Origin: Candidatus Multivoradales bacterium
GTDB lineage: Bacteria > Acidobacteriota > Thermoanaerobaculia > Multivoradales > Multivoraceae
DNA length: 64,000 bases
NCBI GenBank assembly: GCA_965223325.1
Contig: CBDCWI010000002.1
Coordinates: forward strand, 4,192,001 to 4,256,000
Direction of reading: 5' to 3'
Translations under genes and position numbers: made by a program
Shown: piece after piece, positions 28,372 to 36,701 of the stretch
Layout: every line of letters begins with the position of its first letter
Position numbering within the stretch: position 1 is the first letter of the stretch
The notes under the pieces: model-generated
Seen by the model: the letters and a program-made list of their open reading frames with translations, nothing else
The model's database searches: none
What the model was told of the DNA's origin: nothing

Positions 28372-29133
28372 ATGATTCACGGCCAACGGCTGGTTGTCGT
28401 CATGCCCGCCTACAACGCGGAGCGTACCCTCGAGAAGACCTTTCGAGAGATTCCCCTCGACCTCGTCGATCAGGTCATTCTCACCGACGATGCCAGCGCC
28501 GATGACACGGTGGCGCTGGCGCTGAGCCTCGGGATCGAGACCCATGTCCACACCGCCAACCAGGGGTACGGTGCTAATCAGAAGACCTGCTACCAGGCGG
28601 CACTGGATGTGGGTGGAGACATCGTCGTCATGCTGCACCCCGACTACCAGTACACGCCGCGCCTGTTGACCGCGATGGCCAGCCTGATTGCGCTCGATGT
28701 CTACGACGTCGTGATCGGCTCGCGCATTCTCGGGCGCGGCGCGGCCGAGGGCGGTATGCCGCGCTACAAGTACGTCGCCAATCGACTGCTCACGCTGGTC
28801 CAGAACCTGCTGGTAGGGCAGAAGCTCTCTGAGTTTCACACCGGCTATCGCGCCTTTTCGCGCCAGGTGCTCGCTGCGCTGCCCCTGCTCGAGAACTCTG
28901 ACGACTTCGTCTTTGACAATCAGATGTTGTGTCAGGTGATCTACCAGGGCTTTCGCATCGGAGAGGTTTCTTGTCCGACCCACTACAGCGACGACTCTTC
29001 ATCCATTGGGTTGCGACGCGCCTGTGCCTATGGAGTCGGGGTGCTCATGACGTCCCTCCGTTTCCGCTTGGCGCGCTGGGGACTCTTGCGGTCGAAAGTC
29101 TTCGGGGAGGGGCGCACCCTCGAGTCCGACTGA
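28372..29133 (+). CDS. Glycosyltransferase family 2 (DPM-synthase-like)
   Basis: VVMPAYN, DDAS.D.T, NQGYG, HPDYQY, GSR, GYRAF. Confidence 0.9.
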   Translation: MIHGQRLVVVMPAYNAERTLEKTFREIPLDLVDQVILTDDASADDTVALALSLGIETHVHTANQGYGANQKTCYQAALDVGGDIVVMLHPDYQYTPRLLTAMASLIALDVYDVVIGSRILGRGAAEGGMPRYKYVANRLLTLVQNLLVGQKLSEFHTGYRAFSRQVLAALPLLENSDDFVFDNQMLCQVIYQGFRIGEVSCPTHYSDDSSSIGLRRACAYGVGVLMTSLRFRLARWGLLRSKVFGEGRTLESD

Positions 29134-29177
29134 GCGGCCGTACGGAGCCGCCAGAACCCGCGGAAACTAGAGAAACA

Positions 29178-29206
29178 TTGAAATAGAGTAATATTAGTAA
29201 TAGAAT
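29178..29206 (+). promoter_or_regulatory. Sigma70-like promoter for the M6 protease
   Basis: TTGAAA-17bp-TAGAAT in an AT-rich patch. Confidence 0.7.
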
Positions 29207-29272
29207 GGTGCGGCTCTCTGCCGGTCGATGGTTCGGCTGGTCTCCTGTGTTCAGGTCCCCTAAGGGGTTGCG

Positions 29273-32140
29273 ATGTCCTTTGCTTTCCGCCCGTTCTCGC
29301 TCGCTTTTCTCATCGTCTTGCTTTCGGTGCCGGCCGCTCTTGCCTCGGTTCCCGCAGCTCCGGTGGTCCATCAGCTGACCCAGCCCGACGGGTCAACGAT
29401 CTCGGTTCAGCAGGAAGGGTCGCGCCAACGGCACTGGTTTCGAACGGTCGATGGCTACGCCGTCGTCCAGGAGTCCGATGGCTGGTGGCACTACGCCGAC
29501 CGGTCGGCGGGAGGAAGTCTGGTGGCCTCGGGCCTGCGGGTTGGCGTTGACGACCTCACCGCCCGTCGCCAGATGGCGACGGGGCTCGCACCGCTCGCCG
29601 ACAACGGCGCACCGGCAGACCGCTACGTTCCCCGTCGAGTTTTGCCGCCTGGTCGCGCTGCTTCGGTCAACCAGCCGGTGCTGGTGATCGTCGCTTCGTT
29701 CAACGACATATCGACGACTTATAGCGATGCGTCCTTTGCCAGTCTGATCTTCGGTGCAACCGACAGTGTCAAGGACTACTACGACGAGGCCTCCTACGGC
29801 GACTTTGCCATCGTTCCGGCCGACGAAACCGAGGGAGTGGCAAACGATGGCGTCATCGCGGTGAGCCTGGGCATGGACCACCCCAATCCTGCCGGTGGCG
29901 ACTCCTCGGCGATTGTCGTTGCGGCCCTGGCAGCGGCGGACCCTTCGATCGACTACTCCGCCTACGACTCGAACGCCGACGGTGACATCTCGGTCGAAGA
30001 GCTGAGCATCATCATTATCACCGCCGGCTATGAAGCCTCCTACTCGGGCGCCAGCCCTAGCGTCTGGGGCCACAAGTCGGGTGTCAGCCCCCAGACTCTC
30101 GACGGAGTTGATTTGAGCCCCTACTGCATGTTCGGCGAGCGTCATGGTGGGCACCAGGCAACCATCGGGATCATGGTCCACGAACTCGGTCATTTGATGC
30201 TCGGACTACCCGACCTCTACGACATCTCGGCCGCCAACGGTGACTCAGAAGGGGTTGGTAATTGGGGTGTGATGGGCGGAGGCAGCTGGCTCGGCGACAG
30301 CGAGAGTGGTGACACGCCGAGTCACTTTCTTGGGTGGTCGAAGATCATGGTCGGGTTCGCCGAGGCGACCGATGTGGTCACGGGCGAGGACCTTGTGGTG
30401 GAGCCAAGCCATAGCACTGCATCGCTCAAGCGCATCTGGACCGACCCCTACAAGCTCTCGACCTACTTTCTTCTCGAAGCGCGCGATACGTTGGGCTTCG
30501 ACAGTGAGCTGCCGGGTAGCGGCCTCCTGATTACTCACATTGACAACGGTCAGACCGGCAACCAGGACGAGACCCACAAGCTGGTCGACATCGAAGCGGC
30601 GGACGGGCTGAACCACCTGGACGACGAAGTCAACCGAGGCGATGCGGGAGACCCCTTCCCCGGTACATCGAGCAACACGGTGTTCGACAATGCCAGCAGT
30701 CCGGACAGCAAGCGCTACGACGGGAGTGCCTCGGGAGTGACGGTCGACGACATCACGACCCTCGCCGCCGGAGTGATGAGCGTCGACGTCGCTTCCTCGG
30801 CGCTCGCCGGCGACCACATTCGCTACGACCAGGCCTACAGCGGCGCGGGTCGCGGCTGGGCCAGCAACGAATTATGGACCGCGGAGCGCTTCACCAACGA
30901 CACCGAAATGAACACCCTGGACGGGGTCGAAGTGCTCTTCTACGACTACAACGAAACCGGCTACACCATTGACCTCTACATCTATGAGTCGATCCCCGGG
31001 GGTTTGCCAACCAACCTGCTCTACAGCGAGGCCAACTTCACGATTGGAAGCGGAATCAGCCGCCTGATGCTCGCTACTCCGCAGGCCTTCCCGGCAGACA
31101 GCGATCTGGTCGTCGTACTCTCGGTCGAGGGTGATAACCCAGCGATCAACACCTGGGCGCGTCATGATGCGACGGGCGCCTCGTCCTCGGGACGGTCGTA
31201 CCACGATTCAAATGGCATCGGGACCTTCTCGAGCCTGGCGGCCCACGGAGATCTGCACCAGCGTGCACTGCTCAGTTCGACTGCCGAGGACGTTTTGACC
31301 GTCACCCTGGCCGGCAATGGCAGCGGCACCGTCACCAGTGACCCGGCCGGCATTGACTGCGGTGCGGACTGCAGCGAAGCCTACGATGCGCTCGAGAACG
31401 TCACCCTGACAGCGGTGGCAGGTGTCGGCTCCGCGTTTGCCGGCTGGACCGGCGATGCGCAGTGCGTGAGTGCGAACGCTGAGACGACGGTCAGCGTTGA
31501 CGGCTTCGTCGATTGCACCGCGACCTTCGTCCTCCAGCAGCGCACCCTTACGGTTGCAACATCTGGCGCCGGGAGCGGCTCCGTTACAAGCGACGCTCCA
31601 GGTATCGACTGTCCGGGAGACTGCAGCGAAGACTACGACTACAACACCGCTGTGACTCTCACGGCTGTCGCAGAGAGTGGCTCGATCGTGAGTGGTTGGA
31701 GCGGCGACTGTAGCGGCACCAACGCCGAAGTCCAGGTCACTCTCGATGAGGCCCGGTCCTGTTCAGTCGAGTTCGGAATCGCACCTGAGATGGCTTCGCT
31801 GTCGATCAATTTCAAGGGCGACGGCGGCGGCGAGGTCTTCAGTCTCGATGCCAACATCGACTGCGGGAACGCGTGCGTCGATGCGGCCGTGGTCAGTGGA
31901 TCAGAAGCCACCCTGGTTGCAAGTCCAGACCCGGGCTCGGTGTTCGTGGGGTGGTCCGGCGACTGTTCCGGAGCCGCGGCCGAAATCACGGTCACTGTCG
32001 CCGGGGAGATGACCTGTACTGCGGGCTTCTACGTTCCGGTGTTCGCTGATGGCCTCGAGGGCGGTGACCTCTGCGAGTGGTCGGGTGCGGTGGGTGGAAT
32101 CTGCGACAGCCGCCGGGCTATGACTACGCCAGATCGCTGA
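29273..32140 (+). CDS. Secreted M6-family (immune inhibitor A-like) metalloprotease with three InlB-B-repeat-like Cys-containing domains
   Basis: Signal peptide, AVPA-like propeptide start with QPDG, HELGHLMLGLPDLYD, three GSGxVxS..GIDC...F.GW.GDC repeats. Confidence 0.9.
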   Translation: MSFAFRPFSLAFLIVLLSVPAALASVPAAPVVHQLTQPDGSTISVQQEGSRQRHWFRTVDGYAVVQESDGWWHYADRSAGGSLVASGLRVGVDDLTARRQMATGLAPLADNGAPADRYVPRRVLPPGRAASVNQPVLVIVASFNDISTTYSDASFASLIFGATDSVKDYYDEASYGDFAIVPADETEGVANDGVIAVSLGMDHPNPAGGDSSAIVVAALAAADPSIDYSAYDSNADGDISVEELSIIIITAGYEASYSGASPSVWGHKSGVSPQTLDGVDLSPYCMFGERHGGHQATIGIMVHELGHLMLGLPDLYDISAANGDSEGVGNWGVMGGGSWLGDSESGDTPSHFLGWSKIMVGFAEATDVVTGEDLVVEPSHSTASLKRIWTDPYKLSTYFLLEARDTLGFDSELPGSGLLITHIDNGQTGNQDETHKLVDIEAADGLNHLDDEVNRGDAGDPFPGTSSNTVFDNASSPDSKRYDGSASGVTVDDITTLAAGVMSVDVASSALAGDHIRYDQAYSGAGRGWASNELWTAERFTNDTEMNTLDGVEVLFYDYNETGYTIDLYIYESIPGGLPTNLLYSEANFTIGSGISRLMLATPQAFPADSDLVVVLSVEGDNPAINTWARHDATGASSSGRSYHDSNGIGTFSSLAAHGDLHQRALLSSTAEDVLTVTLAGNGSGTVTSDPAGIDCGADCSEAYDALENVTLTAVAGVGSAFAGWTGDAQCVSANAETTVSVDGFVDCTATFVLQQRTLTVATSGAGSGSVTSDAPGIDCPGDCSEDYDYNTAVTLTAVAESGSIVSGWSGDCSGTNAEVQVTLDEARSCSVEFGIAPEMASLSINFKGDGGGEVFSLDANIDCGNACVDAAVVSGSEATLVASPDPGSVFVGWSGDCSGAAAEITVTVAGEMTCTAGFYVPVFADGLEGGDLCEWSGAVGGICDSRRAMTTPDR

Positions 32141-32258
32141 CCGGTGGACGCGCTTGGCGGGATGCCTAACCCCCTGCCGCGACCAGTGGATCGGCCACTA
32201 GACTAGAAGGCGAAACACGGCGTGTCTCACCTGTGCGCTGGCCACCAGGAGCCCCATC

Positions 32259-34712
32259 ATGCTGCTCGACCTCAAGCAGGCTCTACGCGCCCTCGTTCGG
32301 CGCAAAGGCTTCAGCCTTCTGGTGATCGCCAGTGTCGGCATCGGTATCGGCGCGACTGTTGGAACCTTCGGTTACCTCTCGTACTGGTTGCGGCCAACGA
32401 TTGAAGCGCCTCGGCCGTCAGAGGTGCATTGGATCTGGAATCAGACCGAACGCGATGCCTACGGCCGTTTCTCGGCTCCCGACTTCGAGCAGTATGAAGA
32501 GCTAGAGGATGGCGGCGCGTTCACCGGTCTGGTCGGCTTCCGCCTCTTCGGCGCGGGGCTGCGCACCGAGGCGAAGACGATCTATGTGTTCGGCAACGTG
32601 ACCACTGGCGACTTCTTCGACTTCTTTGGGGCTCGCCCCGCCCTTGGCCGTCTCTACGACGCCAGAGACGGCCGAAGCGACGCGGAGCCGGTCGTCGTGC
32701 TTTCGCACCTCACGTGGAGACGACACTTCGGCTCTGACCCAGACGTTGTCGGTAAGACCGTCGACCTCGAGGGCCAGTCGCACACGATTATCGGGGTCGC
32801 CGAGGAAGGCTTCCAGGGGTCCGGCGTCTGGGTGCACCTCTATGTGCCGATCGAAACCGTAGCGCCGAGGATTCTCGACCGGTCGGATCGCGATCAGCGT
32901 TCCCTCGCCATGCTGGCGCGCTTGCCGAAAGAAGCTGCGCGAGATTCCGTCCAGGACCAGCTGAGCGCGTTGGGGCAGCGTCTCGACAGGACATATCCAC
33001 ACGATCAGGAAGCGCGTGCACCGACCCTTGTTCCGTTTCATGAAGACACCCAACCCGTCGACACCTACCAGCGCGCTGCCTTTCTGTTGATGGCCGCTAC
33101 CGGCCTCTTGTTGGCCTTGGCGGCTCTCAACGTGGCCAACCTGATGTTGGCGCGCACGCTCAATCGTCGGCGGGAGTTGGGGGTCTTAGCAGCCCTTGGG
33201 GCTGGTCGTTTGCGCGTCGCCCGCCGCTTGGTATTCGAGTGCCTTGCTCTTGCTGCATGTGGTGGCGTCCTGGGTGTGTTGCTTTCCGGTGGCGTAACGC
33301 TGGTGATTGAAAGCTACCTGCGAGATTCGGTGACCCTCGGCCTTGGCGAGTTCAGTCTCGGGTCGCACCTGGTGCAGAACAATGCCCTCGTCATTCCGTT
33401 CGCGATCGGTACGACCATCCTCACTGCGGTCATCTTCGGGGTCGGGCCGGCGGTATTGGCGGCCCGCACCGACGTCGTCGGCGCCCTCAAAGCTTCGGGC
33501 AGCGAGCCGCCCCAGGGTCGGCGCTTGCCGTCCGTTCGTTCGATGCTGGTCGTCGCTCAGGTTGCCATGTCGGTGGCGGTGCTTCTCGGTTCGGTCATGC
33601 TCTCGCGCAACCTCACAGCGCTTTCGAGCTCTGATCTCGGCTACGACCCTCTCAATCTGACACTGGCCACGCTGTATGTACCTCGCGACCAGCCGGGAGA
33701 GGCGACCGATAGAGACGAAAACATCGAACGCTGGGACGCTGTTCAAGAAGCGGTGAGCGCGCTGCCCGGTGTGACAGCCGCGAGCATCACTTGGCGGGTA
33801 CCTCTTGGCTTCATGGATCGAGCGGAGCTCCGAAGTGGGAGTCAGGGGAGCGCCGACGGTCGCGGTCCCGAAGTGCGTTACGGCGTCGTGGGGCGCAACT
33901 GGTTCAAGACGCTTGGAACGCCCATCCTCTACGGTCGTGGCTTTGACGGCTCAGATCGGCGCGAAACGCGCAGTGTTGCCGTCGTCAACGAGACCGCCGC
34001 TCGTCTACTTGCCGGCACTGAGGCTGAAGCGGTGAGTCGTACTCTGCGGCTCGACACCCAGTTCGATGTTCCCGAAGGCGACATCGAGATCGTCGGTGTC
34101 GTCCGGGACAGCACCTACCAATTCGCCCACGAGACGATCGCGCCGATGATCTTTCTGCCGTTCGAACAGGCCTATCGAGGGCGCATGACCCTTCTCGCCC
34201 GCAGCCAGGCGAACACCGATGAGGCGATTCGCAGCCTCTTTCACGCTCAGTTTCCCGACGTTGCGGTGGTTGGAGTCCACCCTTTCAGCGAACAGGTGCG
34301 GAGGTCGTTCACCGACCACCGGATGAACGCACAGATCAGCGGGTTCCTCGCGCTGTCCGCGCTCCTCTTGGCGACGTTCGGAATCTTCAGCCTGCTTAGC
34401 TACAGCGTCAGCCAGAAGGGGCGCGAGATCGGCGTTCGGATGGCCATTGGCGCCAGCCCGCGCGACGTAGTCCACTCGATCCTGAGGTCCGCCGGGCGAT
34501 TGGTCGCTGGCGGCGTAGTCCTCGGCTTTGTGCTCGCTTTCGCCCTCGCGCGTCTTCTCGAAGGCCTGGTCTTCGGCGTCAACCTCAAAGACCCCCTGAC
34601 CTTCCTCGTCGTTGGCCTCGTCCTGGCCACCAGCGCCGCCGGTGCCTCGCTAGTACCGGCCCTACGCGCAAGCCGAACCGACCCCGCCCAGGCCCTGCGC
34701 AGCGACAACTGA
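32259..34712 (+). CDS. ADOP-type duplicated ABC permease (MacB/FtsX-like)
   Basis: DLKQALRAL..KGF, NVANLMLAR..RRRE, REIGVRMAIGA, PALRASRTDP..ALR; two permease halves and no ATPase. Confidence 0.9.
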   Translation: MLLDLKQALRALVRRKGFSLLVIASVGIGIGATVGTFGYLSYWLRPTIEAPRPSEVHWIWNQTERDAYGRFSAPDFEQYEELEDGGAFTGLVGFRLFGAGLRTEAKTIYVFGNVTTGDFFDFFGARPALGRLYDARDGRSDAEPVVVLSHLTWRRHFGSDPDVVGKTVDLEGQSHTIIGVAEEGFQGSGVWVHLYVPIETVAPRILDRSDRDQRSLAMLARLPKEAARDSVQDQLSALGQRLDRTYPHDQEARAPTLVPFHEDTQPVDTYQRAAFLLMAATGLLLALAALNVANLMLARTLNRRRELGVLAALGAGRLRVARRLVFECLALAACGGVLGVLLSGGVTLVIESYLRDSVTLGLGEFSLGSHLVQNNALVIPFAIGTTILTAVIFGVGPAVLAARTDVVGALKASGSEPPQGRRLPSVRSMLVVAQVAMSVAVLLGSVMLSRNLTALSSSDLGYDPLNLTLATLYVPRDQPGEATDRDENIERWDAVQEAVSALPGVTAASITWRVPLGFMDRAELRSGSQGSADGRGPEVRYGVVGRNWFKTLGTPILYGRGFDGSDRRETRSVAVVNETAARLLAGTEAEAVSRTLRLDTQFDVPEGDIEIVGVVRDSTYQFAHETIAPMIFLPFEQAYRGRMTLLARSQANTDEAIRSLFHAQFPDVAVVGVHPFSEQVRRSFTDHRMNAQISGFLALSALLLATFGIFSLLSYSVSQKGREIGVRMAIGASPRDVVHSILRSAGRLVAGGVVLGFVLAFALARLLEGLVFGVNLKDPLTFLVVGLVLATSAAGASLVPALRASRTDPAQALRSDN

Positions 34713-34714
34713 CC

Positions 34715-34821
34715 CCCGGCACCTCCCCGGGCGATTCCCGGGCATCTCCCGGATTCCCGGGCATCTCCCGGGCATCTCCCGGGCATCTCCCGGGCGTTCC
34801 CCGGGCGATTCCCGGGCGATC
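34715..34821. repeat. 11-bp tandem repeat CCCGGGC(ATCT/GATT), about 10 units
   Basis: CCCGGG at 34726, 34737, 34756, 34767, 34778, 34789, 34800, 34811 plus two degenerate units. Confidence 0.92.
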
Positions 34822-34930
34822 GACTGGGGTGATTCTGGGGAAGCTCGGGCCAGATCGCCCTGTTTCAGCGGGTGGGGGGCTTTTTAGGCGCTTCTTGCCG
34901 GCAAGGTGGTTGTTGTCTTTCAAATAGATT

Positions 34931-34959
34931 TTGTTGAAATAAAAGATATTAGCTATACT
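34931..34959 (+). promoter_or_regulatory. Sigma70-like promoter for the membrane protein-pilin pair
   Basis: TTGTTG-17bp-TATACT in an AT-rich patch. Confidence 0.6.
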
Positions 34960-35120
34960 CTATGTCCGGATCGGGTCTGCGGTCCAGAGGGCTGTGATCT
35001 CTAGACCCGATGAGTCGTCCCCTCGCGTTGCCACATGCCGTCTCCATCGCGTGATTTCACTTTCAAAGGGGCCGAGTCCTGGCGTGTGGCGACCAACCCT
35101 ACTCTCGTGAGGAGTGTCTC

Positions 35121-35579
35121 GTGGGCAAGAAACTCGTCAGTGTCAAAGCTATGAAGTCGATCCAGGTGATCGGTCGTATTTGTACGATCGGTGGTCTGGT
35201 GATCGTGACTGCGATGGTGGTCTACCTCGCAGCCAGTCCGGTTCAACCCCCGATGGGTAAGTTGCGCATGATCGTTGCGTTCTTGTTCCTGGGGCTGGCG
35301 CTCAACCAGGTCGGTGTTCTCAAGCTCGGCGAAAAGGCTGTAACCAGCCGCAAGTACCTGGCGCTGCGCAAGGAGACCGAGGACTTCCTCAAGTTGGTCT
35401 CGGCGCTCAACAAGCACACCCTCGAAGGCGACATGCCGGCAGTCGACACAGTTGTCGACCAGATGCATGACTCGATCGAAGACCTGCGCAACGCTGCGGG
35501 GATCTCGATTACGCGCCAGATCGGTAGCCTGGAAGGCTCGCTGGCCCGTGCGCGCGAGCAGGCGGAGCAGCAGGCATGA
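35121..35579 (+). CDS. Hypothetical membrane protein (2 TM plus helical tail)
   Basis: GAGGAG RBS before GTG; two hydrophobic helices; ATGA overlap with the pilin gene. Confidence 0.75.
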   Translation: MGKKLVSVKAMKSIQVIGRICTIGGLVIVTAMVVYLAASPVQPPMGKLRMIVAFLFLGLALNQVGVLKLGEKAVTSRKYLALRKETEDFLKLVSALNKHTLEGDMPAVDTVVDQMHDSIEDLRNAAGISITRQIGSLEGSLARAREQAEQQA

Positions 35580-36112
35580 GCGCCTCACAGGAGAACAAGA
35601 ACTCTGCCCGCATCCAGGAGCTCGGCTTTACGCTCGTCGAGCTGCTGGTCACCGTCGCCGTTCTAGGAATCATCGCCATCGTCATCCTTCCCATGGCGTC
35701 CTGCTGGATGCAAGGGGCGCGCTTCGCATCGATCATGGGCGACTTCGATCTCGTGCGAGGCCAGATTGAGCTCTACGAGATGGAGACCGGCCAGTGGCCC
35801 GACACGCTCGAGGATGCCTTTCCAGCCGGCAGCGCGATTCCGACCACGATCTTGTACTGCACCGACGACGAGGACGCAAACAATGGTCACGGCAATGAAG
35901 ACTGCTTCTTCTACGACCCGAGCAACCCCTCGGGGAAGAACAACCACGGCGGAATCATCGGCGGTGGATACCTCATGCGTACCATCCGCGACGTAGCACC
36001 CTGCAAGAACATCGACTTCATCTATACGACTTGCTGCGGAAAGGAGCCGTCCGTGCAGCACATGGACGATCCGCCAGTCAAAATGGGGCATCCAGGTCAG
36101 GGCGCCCTCTAG
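35576..36112 (+). CDS. Type IV pilin/pseudopilin-like protein
   Basis: G|FTLVELLV prepilin cleavage motif with E5, hydrophobic helix, Y..ETGQWP. Confidence 0.88.
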   Translation: MSASQENKNSARIQELGFTLVELLVTVAVLGIIAIVILPMASCWMQGARFASIMGDFDLVRGQIELYEMETGQWPDTLEDAFPAGSAIPTTILYCTDDEDANNGHGNEDCFFYDPSNPSGKNNHGGIIGGGYLMRTIRDVAPCKNIDFIYTTCCGKEPSVQHMDDPPVKMGHPGQGAL

Positions 36113-36156
36113 GACCCCTCCTCTGAGCTCTAGAAGAGCTCCCTCCCAAAGACTGC

Positions 36157-36192
36157 AAAGGCCAACCGGGCGTTGCCCTGGTTGGCCCTTTC
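36157..36192 (+). terminator. Stem-loop after the pilin gene
   Basis: GGCCAACCGGG / CCTGGTTGGCC 11-bp stem with one G-U pair, short T tail. Confidence 0.55.
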
Positions 36193-36236
36193 GCGTTGGG
36201 TCAGAAACCTTCCCTGTTCGACTTGCGGTTCAGGGC

Positions 36237-36273
36237 TTGCTAAAAATTTAGCGGTATGCTAAAAATTTAGCAA
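36237..36273 (+). promoter_or_regulatory. blaI-like promoter overlapped by two palindromic operators
   Basis: GCTAAAAATTTAGC at 36239-36252 and 36258-36271; TTGCTA-17bp-TAAAAA with extended TG. Confidence 0.85.
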
Positions 36274-36314
36274 CGGCGAGGTCCACAACGAAGAGTCAAG
36301 AGGAGAGAGGCCCG

Positions 36315-36701
36315 ATGACCCGAGACGACCGAAGGCTCAGTCGACGAGAGCGCGAGATCATGGACATCGTGTATCGCCACGGTCGGGTGACGGTCAACGA
36401 CGTGCTGGCCCATCTCGAAGACCCTCCCTCCTATTCGACGGTCCGCACGTTGCTTCGCATCCTCGAGCAGAAGGGCCACCTTCATCACGAGCAGGACGGG
36501 CCGCGCTACGCCTTTCAGCCCACCGTCCCGCGAGGTACGGCCAGTCGTAGTGCTCTACGCCATGTCATCGAGACGTTCTTCGAAGACTCGACGGAGAAGG
36601 CGGTGGCAGCGTTGCTCGACATGCGCTCCTCGTCGCTGTCCGAGGATGAGCTCGCGAGACTCCAGGAACTGATCGACCGAGCGCGCGAGGAGGAGAGATG
36701 A
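36315..36701 (+). CDS. BlaI/MecI/CopY family repressor
   Basis: LSRREREIMDI, YSTVRTLLRILEQKG, LSEDELARL. Confidence 0.93.
   Translation: MTRDDRRLSRREREIMDIVYRHGRVTVNDVLAHLEDPPSYSTVRTLLRILEQKGHLHHEQDGPRYAFQPTVPRGTASRSALRHVIETFFEDSTEKAVAALLDMRSSSLSEDELARLQELIDRAREEER

Noticed and set aside
34715-34821. Possible CRISPR array
   Set aside because: 11-bp units with no unique spacers and no cas genes.
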